From: a virus
Lineage: Duplodnaviria; Caudoviricetes
Virus record (IMG/VR): IMGVR_UViG_3300030097_000100
Span: 1-41,983 of that record
Reading direction: 5' to 3' (one strand)
DNA: 41,983 bases
Shown here: positions 8,148 to 15,991 of the stretch, piece after piece
Numbering within the stretch: the first letter of the stretch is position 1
How the letters are laid out: each line of letters opens with the position of its first letter
Position numbers and translations under genes: made by a program
The notes under the pieces: model-generated
Databases searched by the model: none
The model's input: the letters and a program-made list of their open reading frames with translations, nothing else
Told to the model about the DNA's origin: nothing

Positions 8148-8909
8148 ATGGCATTTAGAAAAGAGTTAATAATACCTAAAACGGTTGAAGAATTAATAAA
8201 AGACCGTGACGACATTATTTTAACGCTCACACATATGGATAAGCTAAAGCAACAAGCTGAGGATCAATGCAAGAGTGTTGGGGCTTACATTTTCCCAGTG
8301 CATCAATTTAGAGGTTATCATGGTATTGAGGTGTTAAAAAAAGACGTTGACCGCAGGATGTGGCGACAAACAATCGAGCTAACAGGTTTTAATAAATACA
8401 TGGATAAAAAGGCACGTCAAGAGTTTGCTGACTCGCTAGAAAAGGAGCCGCCAGCGTTTACTGTTGATAATGTTAGAAGTACGCTTTTAAGTAGTTACCA
8501 ACAAGCAGAGACGTTTATGAATAGAGGTATAGTTGAGTTATTTAAAAACCTTGGCGCAAACTATAAAACCAATGACGCTTTTAAGATTGGAAAAAAGATT
8601 ATATTGCGAAACTGGTTTACTGTTTTTTGCGGTAGTTTATCTGTTAACTACAACCAAGAACCAGAAATGAATGACCTTGATCGCGTTGTGCGCACATTGG
8701 ACGGCGTGGAATTTAAAGAGCATTTATTTAGTCAGTCAATGCGAAAGGCAATCAACTCTATGGAATACGAGGATGATTACTTTAAAATAAAAGCATTTAA
8801 GAATGGTAACGCTCACTTATGGTTAAAGCGAGAAGACTTAACAGACAAAATAAATGATATTATCGCAGCTTGGTATGGTGATGGTAAATTGGCTAATAAC
8901 ACTAAATAG
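8148..8909 (+). CDS. DUF4942-like protein
   Basis: MWRQ...YMD..AR..F, FT.DNV.ST, GI..LF..L...YKTN.AFKIGKKII, YFKIKAFKNGNAHL; AGGAGG RBS. Confidence 0.65.
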   Translation: MAFRKELIIPKTVEELIKDRDDIILTLTHMDKLKQQAEDQCKSVGAYIFPVHQFRGYHGIEVLKKDVDRRMWRQTIELTGFNKYMDKKARQEFADSLEKEPPAFTVDNVRSTLLSSYQQAETFMNRGIVELFKNLGANYKTNDAFKIGKKIILRNWFTVFCGSLSVNYNQEPEMNDLDRVVRTLDGVEFKEHLFSQSMRKAINSMEYEDDYFKIKAFKNGNAHLWLKREDLTDKINDIIAAWYGDGKLANNTK

Positions 8910-8926
8910 CCCAGCCAATAACAACA

Positions 8927-8966
8927 TGCTACAATAAAGCCATACTTTTTAACGTGTGTCTTTTTT
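8927..8966 (+). promoter_or_regulatory. Extended -10 promoter plus hairpin/T6 directly before the portal start
   Basis: TGcTACAAT(8927-8935), imperfect hairpin, TTTTTT, then ATG 8967. Confidence 0.5.
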
Positions 8967-10349
8967 ATGTCTGCAAACAATCTAAATAAACAATTCGTGG
9001 CTAATATGCGACAAAATCAGCGTAGGCCACTTAATTCCATTATACCTAGTGCGCCGGTTAATTTTGGCGATACTAACAGAAATGATTCGGCTGCTTATGG
9101 ATATCCTGATGCAATTGAATTTGATGTGCTGTATAACGCATATCGCCGCGGCGGTTTCTTTAATGCTATTGTTGATATTATTCCAGAGCGTTGCTTTAGT
9201 GATGACCCATTTATAGTTGATGGTGATGAAGATACGCCGCAAGATACGCAGTTTGAAAAAGAAGTTAATGAGCTGGTCAAAAAGTTTGATTTATGGCGCG
9301 TGTTTGAGACATCATTCAAAATGGCTGATATTGGTCAATACTCAACAATTGTACCTGTAATCTCTGAGTCATCTGAAAACAAATTAGAAAATCCAATTGT
9401 GCAAGGTAAGCGAATTATTGCTATCAATCCGTGGTATCAAGTTGAGTGCGAGGCTAACCAGGAGTTTGATCCAGACTACAGCAGCGAAAATTACAACAAG
9501 CCGCTAACTTACCGCCTACAGCCATCTCAGTTAAGCGGACGCCAAACAACTAATGCTACACAGCATACATTGCACTACAGTCGCGTAAACGTCATTACAA
9601 ATGCAGTAGGTGCTACCATTTACGGAGAGTCAGTTTTAGAGCCAGCATTTAACGCTTTATTTGATGCTAACAAAGTGCGCGGTGCATCTAGTGAGGGTTA
9701 TCGCAAGAATGCAATGCAAAAGTACATTCTAAGCGCTAACAATGCAGATGCTGCAAAGTCATTTAACACTAATAAAGACGCTATGGATGAGGCGCTAGAT
9801 AATTTCAACGATAACTTTAACAGCGCGTTAAGAATGGCTGGTGTAAGCGTAACAAGCCTACAAACACAACTACAAGACCCAAAGAGCGCATGGGAAATAT
9901 GCGTGGTCGAGGCATGTGCAAGCCGTGGCGTACCATTAACTGAATTGGCCGGCTACATCACAGGCGAGCGAGCAAGCTCAGAAAATAGCTCAGCATTCAC
10001 CAAGCGCCTTAAAAAATGGCAGAAGAAATACGGCAATGACATACATAGGTTTTTTCAGTGGCTAATTAATTTGGGTTTACTGTCAGAGCCTAGCAACGGT
10101 GAATTTAAAGTGTGTTGGCCTGATATTGGTGAGCCTAGCACGACCGAAAAGCTTGATAATGCTGGTAAGATGACTGAGCAAAACGAAAAAGCGTTCAAGG
10201 CTGGTGAAGAAAAACCGTGGACAATGGAAGAAATTCGACAGGCTGGCGGCGCTGATTCTGAAAAGCCAAAAACTAAATATGATGATTTTGACGCTAAAGA
10301 CGATTTAACATTGGATGATAAGCCTGATGAAGAAAATACGCCAGATTAG
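8967..10349 (+). CDS. Portal protein (DUF1073 family)
   Basis: YGYP, YRRGGF..AIVD, LHYSRV, YGESVLEP.FNAL, SEGY.KNA, P.T.L.G..TGERAS; 460 aa followed by MuF. Confidence 0.85.
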   Translation: MSANNLNKQFVANMRQNQRRPLNSIIPSAPVNFGDTNRNDSAAYGYPDAIEFDVLYNAYRRGGFFNAIVDIIPERCFSDDPFIVDGDEDTPQDTQFEKEVNELVKKFDLWRVFETSFKMADIGQYSTIVPVISESSENKLENPIVQGKRIIAINPWYQVECEANQEFDPDYSSENYNKPLTYRLQPSQLSGRQTTNATQHTLHYSRVNVITNAVGATIYGESVLEPAFNALFDANKVRGASSEGYRKNAMQKYILSANNADAAKSFNTNKDAMDEALDNFNDNFNSALRMAGVSVTSLQTQLQDPKSAWEICVVEACASRGVPLTELAGYITGERASSENSSAFTKRLKKWQKKYGNDIHRFFQWLINLGLLSEPSNGEFKVCWPDIGEPSTTEKLDNAGKMTEQNEKAFKAGEEKPWTMEEIRQAGGADSEKPKTKYDDFDAKDDLTLDDKPDEENTPD

Positions 10350-11403
10350 CACTTACCCGGTTATACCTAATGACGCGGCAGACCCAGCAAATCAAAAGGG
10401 GAATTTAAAGCGCGCCCAGGTAGAATTAAAAAAGCGGTTCGAGCGAATTAATAAAGCCGTCAAACAATTATGCCGAGACCAAAAGCAGCATCAAAGTGTT
10501 GCGGCTGCTAATAGTAACCGTATGAGTTTTTGGCAACCGCTTGAGTATTTTACCAATAGCAAAGGCGAGCTTGATACGCGCAAATCTGATGTGTTTATTG
10601 CTAACAAGCAGTTTTATAGCTATGACATATCAACAGAGCGCTACGATTCTATCAATAGCTTTATTGAGCGCTTACTTTACAGTGAGATATTGGAGTCTCT
10701 AGATGGACGCAGACCGCAAAACTGGTTTTATCAATCATATCTATCAAGTGCAACTCAAGACGCGATACGCGACACCATACAGTCATCAAAGAACATGGCT
10801 GAGCCTAGTGTTGTTGGTGATGAAATAGCGATGCTGGTTAGGCAGTTAGACGCAGACGCATTTAACCCGCAGCAAATTAACTCACTAAATCTAGTTTACT
10901 CGCGTGTGTTTAATGAAATGAAAGGATTAACTGACTCAATGAAAGTTAATCTATCAGAAACACTAACACGCGGCATGGCTAACGGTTTAGGTATTCAGCA
11001 ATTGACGCGCGATGTTGCTAAGCGTGTAGGTGTTGGATTTAGCCGAGCGCAACGCATATCACGCACTGAAATAATGGGTGCATACAGGACGGCGCAACGA
11101 GATAAAACACGCCAGATTAACAAGGATATTTACGGCAATTCACCATTCATACAAAAGCAGTTATGGTTTAGCGCTTTGGCTATGACAAGTCGCCCTCATC
11201 ATGTTGCAAGGCACTCTGAAATTTACAGCATTCAGGAAGTTGAAGAATTTTACAGTGAAGTAGCCAATAGTATTAATTGCCAGTGCTCCCAAAGCCCAAT
11301 ATTGGTAAACCGCAAAACAGGCGCGGTAGTTATGCAAAGCCTAATTGATAAAATGAAATTGCAAAAGAAAGCTTGGCGCGCTGGAGTCGCTAGAGCGGCA
11401 TAG
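10315..11403 (+). CDS. Head morphogenesis protein (SPP1 gp7 / MuF family)
   Basis: RAQRISRTEI, WFSAL..TSRPHH..RH, INCQCS. Confidence 0.88.
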   Translation: MISLMKKIRQISTYPVIPNDAADPANQKGNLKRAQVELKKRFERINKAVKQLCRDQKQHQSVAAANSNRMSFWQPLEYFTNSKGELDTRKSDVFIANKQFYSYDISTERYDSINSFIERLLYSEILESLDGRRPQNWFYQSYLSSATQDAIRDTIQSSKNMAEPSVVGDEIAMLVRQLDADAFNPQQINSLNLVYSRVFNEMKGLTDSMKVNLSETLTRGMANGLGIQQLTRDVAKRVGVGFSRAQRISRTEIMGAYRTAQRDKTRQINKDIYGNSPFIQKQLWFSALAMTSRPHHVARHSEIYSIQEVEEFYSEVANSINCQCSQSPILVNRKTGAVVMQSLIDKMKLQKKAWRAGVARAA

Positions 11404-11408
11404 TGCCA

Positions 11409-11437
11409 TTGACAAAACCACCTCTCTACATTATCAT
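11409..11437 (+). promoter_or_regulatory. Near-consensus sigma70 promoter with no downstream ORF
   Basis: TTGACA(11409-11414)-17-TATCAT(11432-11437). Confidence 0.65.
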
Positions 11438-11443
11438 CTAAGT

Positions 11444-11535
11444 GTCAAGTTTAGATAAGTTGTATTAAAATACTTATTTCAAGCCGTTGCAACCCACGTA
11501 ACGGATAGTAAAAAACCGCTTAATTGCGGTTTTTT
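11444..11535 (+). ncRNA. Candidate ~90-nt small RNA
   Basis: Lies between the promoter and a terminator; hairpins ATAAGT/ACTTAT and CCGTTGC/GTAACGG; no ATG-started ORF. Confidence 0.45.
11510..11535. terminator. Bidirectional intrinsic terminator
   Basis: AAAAAACCGC-ttaatt-GCGGTTTTTT. Confidence 0.85.
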
Positions 11536-11564
11536 ATTGCTTTTGTTTTCTTTGTATGAATAGT

Positions 11565-11590
11565 AAAAAGCCACTAATTAAAGTGGCTTT
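11565..11590 (-). terminator. Intrinsic terminator after the yopX-like gene
   Basis: AAAGCCACT/AGTGGCTTT stem with an A run on the left. Confidence 0.7.
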
Positions 11591-11961
11591 ATTAATTCAG
11601 GGTTTTCGTGAATATTGCCGATAACAGACAGGACATACTCCACACCAAAAGGGTTCGGCTCAATCGAAAACTCGCTGGTATCTCCATCCTTTGAATAGTT
11701 AACACCAAAACCGACCGATGCGTGAGAGTAATACCCGCAAATATCCACTAGGTAATGAGCTGCACCACTTGAAAGTATATCACCCTCATAAATCTCAGCG
11801 CCATTCTTATCTTTTAATCCAGTGAATTGAGATACCTGTAAATCTTCACGAAAACCTTTTTGGCTTATATTCGTTTGGTCGTTTGTCATTAGATACTCAA
11901 GGGTTACAAAGTCAACACTCCCGTTAACAGTATTTCTTATTCTAAATTTAATCTCTCTCAT
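11578..11961 (-). CDS. YopX-family protein
   Basis: MREIKFR, QFTGLKDKNG.EIYEGDI, VIGNIHENPEL; start moved to ATG 11961 after GGAG. Confidence 0.9.
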   Translation of the reverse strand: MREIKFRIRNTVNGSVDFVTLEYLMTNDQTNISQKGFREDLQVSQFTGLKDKNGAEIYEGDILSSGAAHYLVDICGYYSHASVGFGVNYSKDGDTSEFSIEPNPFGVEYVLSVIGNIHENPELIKPL

Positions 11962-12053
11962 TTCATAATCTCCAAATCTGTTAAAAATAATAATTGCAAA
12001 CACACTATAATATGCTACATTATTAAAAACAACATTAAACGCAAAATATTTTT

Positions 12054-12398
12054 ATGTGCATAGATAACTTACTAGAAGAAGCAATAAAGGCAGAAATAGA
12101 AGATAACGCAGAAGATGCGTTTTACTACCACATGCAAATAAGCGCACTGTATAGAAAGTGTGGTAATGTTCAGTTATCAAATGTGCATAGATGCAAAGCA
12201 CAAGTTTACAACGATGAAGAGGAATCACCTAAAATGACATTTTTACTTAATCAATATCGCGTTATAGCAAAAGATGAAAACGGCGTAACGCATAAGTTTG
12301 ACGTAGAGGCGCAAACACCAAAAAGCGCTCGGGTTGAAGTTGAAGATGAAAACCCTAATTTATTGGTGGTTGATGTAAATTTGAAGGTGCGCAAATGA
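12054..12398 (+). CDS. Hypothetical protein
   Basis: First ORF of the lysis-cassette transcript. Confidence 0.6.
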   Translation: MCIDNLLEEAIKAEIEDNAEDAFYYHMQISALYRKCGNVQLSNVHRCKAQVYNDEEESPKMTFLLNQYRVIAKDENGVTHKFDVEAQTPKSARVEVEDENPNLLVVDVNLKVRK

Positions 12399-12499
12399 AA
12401 GAGCTATTAAAGCAAATTCGTATTGCGCAGATAAACCGTGATGAAACAACTGAGGTTAAACTACTTAAACAACTTGATGAAATGGAGCGTTTATTGTGA
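12395..12499 (+). CDS. Small hypothetical protein, 34 aa
   Basis: Hand-read MKELLKQIRIAQINRDETTEVKLLKQLDEMERLL; ATGA and GTGA overlaps on both sides. Confidence 0.55.
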   Translation: MKELLKQIRIAQINRDETTEVKLLKQLDEMERLL

Positions 12500-12999
12500 A
12501 TCCACAGCAACTACATGATTATATAATTAAACCAACCCTTAAATATATGGGTGGCAACTACTACAGCAAAGAATCTGCATTTTTACTTTTATGTACCGCC
12601 GCAATTGAATCTAATTGTGGTGAGTATATCAAGCAAATTAATGGGCCTGCTCTTGGTGTTTGGCAAATGGAGCCTGATACTCATTTTGATTTGTGGATGA
12701 ATTCAGATAATTTAAAGAATGCTGATTTTAATTTGATTATAAATAATTTAGCACCACTTTACTGTGATTTAAAGGGCGGCAAGCTAATTGACTCACCAAA
12801 GTACGCTTGCGCCATGGCTCGCCTTAAATACTCAATGGATCCTAACCCACTACCAAAGCTAACAGGAGTTACAAGCACCGACCTAAAAAGCTTCTATAAT
12901 TACTACAAGCTCGTATATAACACCGAGCTAGGCGCTAGCACTTACGATAAGTGGTGTATTGCAATAGCCGCAAATCATATTATGAAGGTTGAACTATGA
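12496..12999 (+). CDS. Endolysin (lysozyme-like / transglycosylase fold)
   Basis: LLLCTAAIES, KQINGPALGVWQMEP, YACAMARLKY, YYK.VYNT..GA motifs of a phage lysozyme-like family. Confidence 0.75.
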   Translation: MNPQQLHDYIIKPTLKYMGGNYYSKESAFLLLCTAAIESNCGEYIKQINGPALGVWQMEPDTHFDLWMNSDNLKNADFNLIINNLAPLYCDLKGGKLIDSPKYACAMARLKYSMDPNPLPKLTGVTSTDLKSFYNYYKLVYNTELGASTYDKWCIAIAANHIMKVEL

Positions 13000-13178
13000 C
13001 AGCACACATAGACGCCGAAAACCTAGAAACAGACACGCAAGAATGCAATACGCACGACTTGCACTCAATGCAAAAGCAGCTTGTCAAGGTAAACCATGCC
13101 AAGCGAGGTTATATGTTTTTGTTAGGATTGTCGGTATTCTTTAATTTAATTTTTATACTTAAAAGGGTTGTAGAATGA
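12996..13178 (+). CDS. Small protein with C-terminal transmembrane helix
   Basis: YMFLLGLSVFFNLIFIL; ATGA-coupled to the endolysin. Confidence 0.6.
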   Translation: MTAHIDAENLETDTQECNTHDLHSMQKQLVKVNHAKRGYMFLLGLSVFFNLIFILKRVVE

Positions 13179-13255
13179 AAATCAATCGATACACAGTAAG
13201 CGCATTTTGTATTTGTGCAATATTTTGGATGTTTGTTCTGGCGGTGTTTTTATGA
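13175..13255 (+). CDS. 26-aa hydrophobic peptide
   Basis: Hand-read MKINRYTVSAFCICAIFWMFVLAVFL; ATGA overlaps at both ends. Confidence 0.55.
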   Translation: MKINRYTVSAFCICAIFWMFVLAVFL

Positions 13256-13707
13256 GCATCTTAACTAGCATTGCGCTAGGATTAAAGTCACTTTTTAGCT
13301 CAAGCGGTGCTGGTGAAACAGCGCTAAAAATAGTCGAGAGAATTAGCGGCACTGATTGGAATCCACAACAACAAGCTGATTTTATAATCGCGTATCAAAA
13401 CGCCACCAAGCACATGAGTTTAGCGCGTAGAGTTATAGCGATATCGTTTGTTACTGGATTTGCTCTGTTTGGTTTTGTGTGGCTCTGTAGCGCTGTTACT
13501 TATCATGTATATATGTTTGCTAGTGTTAGTGGAGAAACACTGGCACAGTTAACGACAAGTCAGAATTTGCATAAAATAAAGGCCATGCCATTACTTCAAT
13601 TAAGTAATGATATTAGCGTATTTTTAAAAGATATATTCAAGGAGCCAATGACTTGGATACTGAGCTTTTACTTTGTAATTGATATTGGTACAAGGATTAA
13701 GAAATGA
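13252..13707 (+). CDS. Putative holin-like membrane protein
   Basis: Start ATG 13252 (MSILTSIALGLKSLF); ARRVIA followed by a TM helix and C-terminal ILSFYF; downstream of the endolysin. Confidence 0.6.
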   Translation: MSILTSIALGLKSLFSSSGAGETALKIVERISGTDWNPQQQADFIIAYQNATKHMSLARRVIAISFVTGFALFGFVWLCSAVTYHVYMFASVSGETLAQLTTSQNLHKIKAMPLLQLSNDISVFLKDIFKEPMTWILSFYFVIDIGTRIKK

Positions 13708-13793
13708 CTAAGAAAGAATACTACGAATACTGTTTTGAGTGTGAGTGTAATGGTGAAATACCACTAAGCTATGAAGAAATAAGCCCTCAATAA
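13704..13793 (+). CDS. 29-aa hypothetical peptide
   Basis: Hand-read MTKKEYYEYCFECECNGEIPLSYEEISPQ; AAGGA RBS, ATGA overlap. Confidence 0.4.
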   Translation: MTKKEYYEYCFECECNGEIPLSYEEISPQ

Positions 13794-13807
13794 GAGGGCT
13801 TTGTTTT
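13781..13807. terminator. Terminator between convergent lysis and tailspike genes
   Basis: AAGCCCTC/GAGGGCTT stem with T tail. Confidence 0.75.
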
Positions 13808-15947
13808 ATGCTCCGCTTACTGTTTGCTTAGTTACCCAAGAGCCTCCAACTCGTTTTTGGTGTATTAAGTCACCACCAATAAGAGCAACACGCCAGCTGC
13901 CATCTGCCTGAGAATCACCGTAATAAGTATAGTTTGAGCCATCATCTGTCATCTCAATTTGAACACCATCACTTTGAGCTGTTAGTTTCTTAGAAAAAGA
14001 ACCAGCATGTAACGATGTTTTCCCTCCTGAAGTGTTCGATCCTATTTGGTATGTTGATATTAGCGGGTCGTATAAACTAAAAGCACTTCCTGCTGCATTG
14101 CCTCCATCAATAAAATGAACATGACCTGAAGCGCCAGTACTCATAAAAGCGCTTAAAGCTGCACCAGATGACTCTCTAACATCCATTACGTCAAGACTTA
14201 TAGCTACACTGTAACCGCTATCAGAACGCTTTAGGTGTTGAACAGTATTATCATACAGCCATTTTGTACCAGTTGCGTACGAGTTTCCAACAAATGCTTT
14301 ATTAGTTTTTGTCCACTGAGGAGCAATGGTGTTTCCAGTTAGAATGTTGCCACTAAAATCACAAACATCAGAGCGGTTGTAGTTAATGTTAGCATTGTTA
14401 GTGGTGTTATCTCCGCAGTCATGAAATATGTTATCTTTGATCATTACACCAAAAACGTCAGTCTGAACGTTGTCAGAAATGTATGGGAAGTTTTTACAGA
14501 TGTTGTTTGTGACAATTAACCACTTGTCGACGTTTATACCAGTAGTTGGACCAAACGCACCAATTACACCAGTTCCACCGTCCTCTGCAATATTGTTATT
14601 TACAATCAAATCACCAGCGCCCCAGCTAAACGTTACCATGCCCTCTGCATGGCCATTAGCTGCCTGTCCGTTAGTGTTAGTTCGCTTAATGGTGTTGTTA
14701 ATAAATCGACTGAATCCAGCGTCAGCTAGTGCTGCATCGTTTCTTGATAAGTGAAAACATGATCCGCCTAGATCTTCAAAAGTATTATCATCACAAGTAA
14801 CACCATGACAAACAATGCAATCCATTTCTATATTCTTAAACAAGCATTTTGTTATAGTGCAACCAAGACCTAGAAGATAAATCTCATTACCAAACCTCCA
14901 TGACTTATTTAACTGAGTTGATGCGTTACCGTCAAATGTGCCATTGCTAATTAATACCTTCCTGTTAACATCGCTTACCAACTCATTCTTACCACTCATT
15001 GTAGTAAAAGATTTGGCAATAGTGGTGCCGATTGGAAGTGTAGACTTGGCAACAGGAAATGAAAACTCTGATGATATTGTAACTTGATTACCAGATATTT
15101 CAGTAATAATTTTACCATCTTGGGATGTGTCAACATAGTTAGCAGATGTAAATGCTGAAACTCTATCACCAACGCGCCAGTTTGCAGGGACGGAAGAAAC
15201 ATTTAACACAGTGCCACCAGAAACGGTTAAAGCAGAAGATAGTGCAGTTGCTGTAGCTGAGCCGTCAGCGCGCTTAATTGTTGCACCATTTAAATCTATA
15301 TGTACGTTATCAGCTTTTATTATAGTCTCGTGAAATACCTCATATACACGACCAGTTTGAAAGACTAATCTAACGCCTTTGTATGGCAATAACCTTACAT
15401 ATTCAAATGCTCTATTGATAACGTCTGAATCATATAAATCAATATCTTTCCTAAACTCTTCAACATTAACTCCGAACCAATCTACTGCATCTTGCACAGT
15501 TACTGGATTACCGCTAGAAAGAAGAATATTTTTAACTGCAAGTGATATTGCGCTTGCAGGGTGAGAGTTAATCTGGTCTCTGTTTATTGTTTCATTATGG
15601 TCATTGTATGTAACTTGTTGATAGTCTGGCGAACTTGGTACAGTGCCAGCGCTAACAACTTTATCAGGAGCGCCTGCACCAACATAAATCCAGCTATCAC
15701 CGTTTGCATCTATGCCAACATCATTAAATAACTCATATGTAAATCCATCTGCAAATGTGCCAACAACTCGGAACCCGCGTGATTGGTTTATTTCAATAAT
15801 TGCCGCAGCAATTTCTGCATTCCATCCATCAACTAAATATTGGTAGCTTGGTTTTGGTCCGTTGCGCAATGTTGGTATTAATGCATTATCATTAACTAGG
15901 CCATCGAGTGATGTTGCATTAGCTTCTGCATTTGCTATTTTTGACAT
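13806..15947 (-). CDS. Tailspike / receptor-binding protein with right-handed beta-helix (putative depolymerase)
   Basis: N-terminal virion-anchor-like region, D..VINRAF, IDLNGATI, NGTFDGN, repeated I.NN.. beta-helix rungs; last gene of the tail block. Confidence 0.8.
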   Translation of the reverse strand: MSKIANAEANATSLDGLVNDNALIPTLRNGPKPSYQYLVDGWNAEIAAAIIEINQSRGFRVVGTFADGFTYELFNDVGIDANGDSWIYVGAGAPDKVVSAGTVPSSPDYQQVTYNDHNETINRDQINSHPASAISLAVKNILLSSGNPVTVQDAVDWFGVNVEEFRKDIDLYDSDVINRAFEYVRLLPYKGVRLVFQTGRVYEVFHETIIKADNVHIDLNGATIKRADGSATATALSSALTVSGGTVLNVSSVPANWRVGDRVSAFTSANYVDTSQDGKIITEISGNQVTISSEFSFPVAKSTLPIGTTIAKSFTTMSGKNELVSDVNRKVLISNGTFDGNASTQLNKSWRFGNEIYLLGLGCTITKCLFKNIEMDCIVCHGVTCDDNTFEDLGGSCFHLSRNDAALADAGFSRFINNTIKRTNTNGQAANGHAEGMVTFSWGAGDLIVNNNIAEDGGTGVIGAFGPTTGINVDKWLIVTNNICKNFPYISDNVQTDVFGVMIKDNIFHDCGDNTTNNANINYNRSDVCDFSGNILTGNTIAPQWTKTNKAFVGNSYATGTKWLYDNTVQHLKRSDSGYSVAISLDVMDVRESSGAALSAFMSTGASGHVHFIDGGNAAGSAFSLYDPLISTYQIGSNTSGGKTSLHAGSFSKKLTAQSDGVQIEMTDDGSNYTYYGDSQADGSWRVALIGGDLIHQKRVGGSWVTKQTVSGA

Positions 15948-15991
15948 TTTGTTGCTCTCTTATTTATAAGTTTTTACATTATAGCGTAAAA

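Noticed and set aside
8967-10349. Anti-CBASS (Acb1) reading of the DUF1073-type protein
   Set aside because: Size, motifs and adjacency to MuF indicate the portal; no other portal candidate exists and no paired HxT/S phosphoesterase motifs were evident
10315-11403. MuF polymorphic toxin
   Set aside because: Only about 38 residues follow the NCQC motif; no toxin domain or immunity gene
11444-11510. CRISPR repeat or mini-array
   Set aside because: Single copy with no repeat-spacer periodicity; no cas genes or arrays seen anywhere in the window
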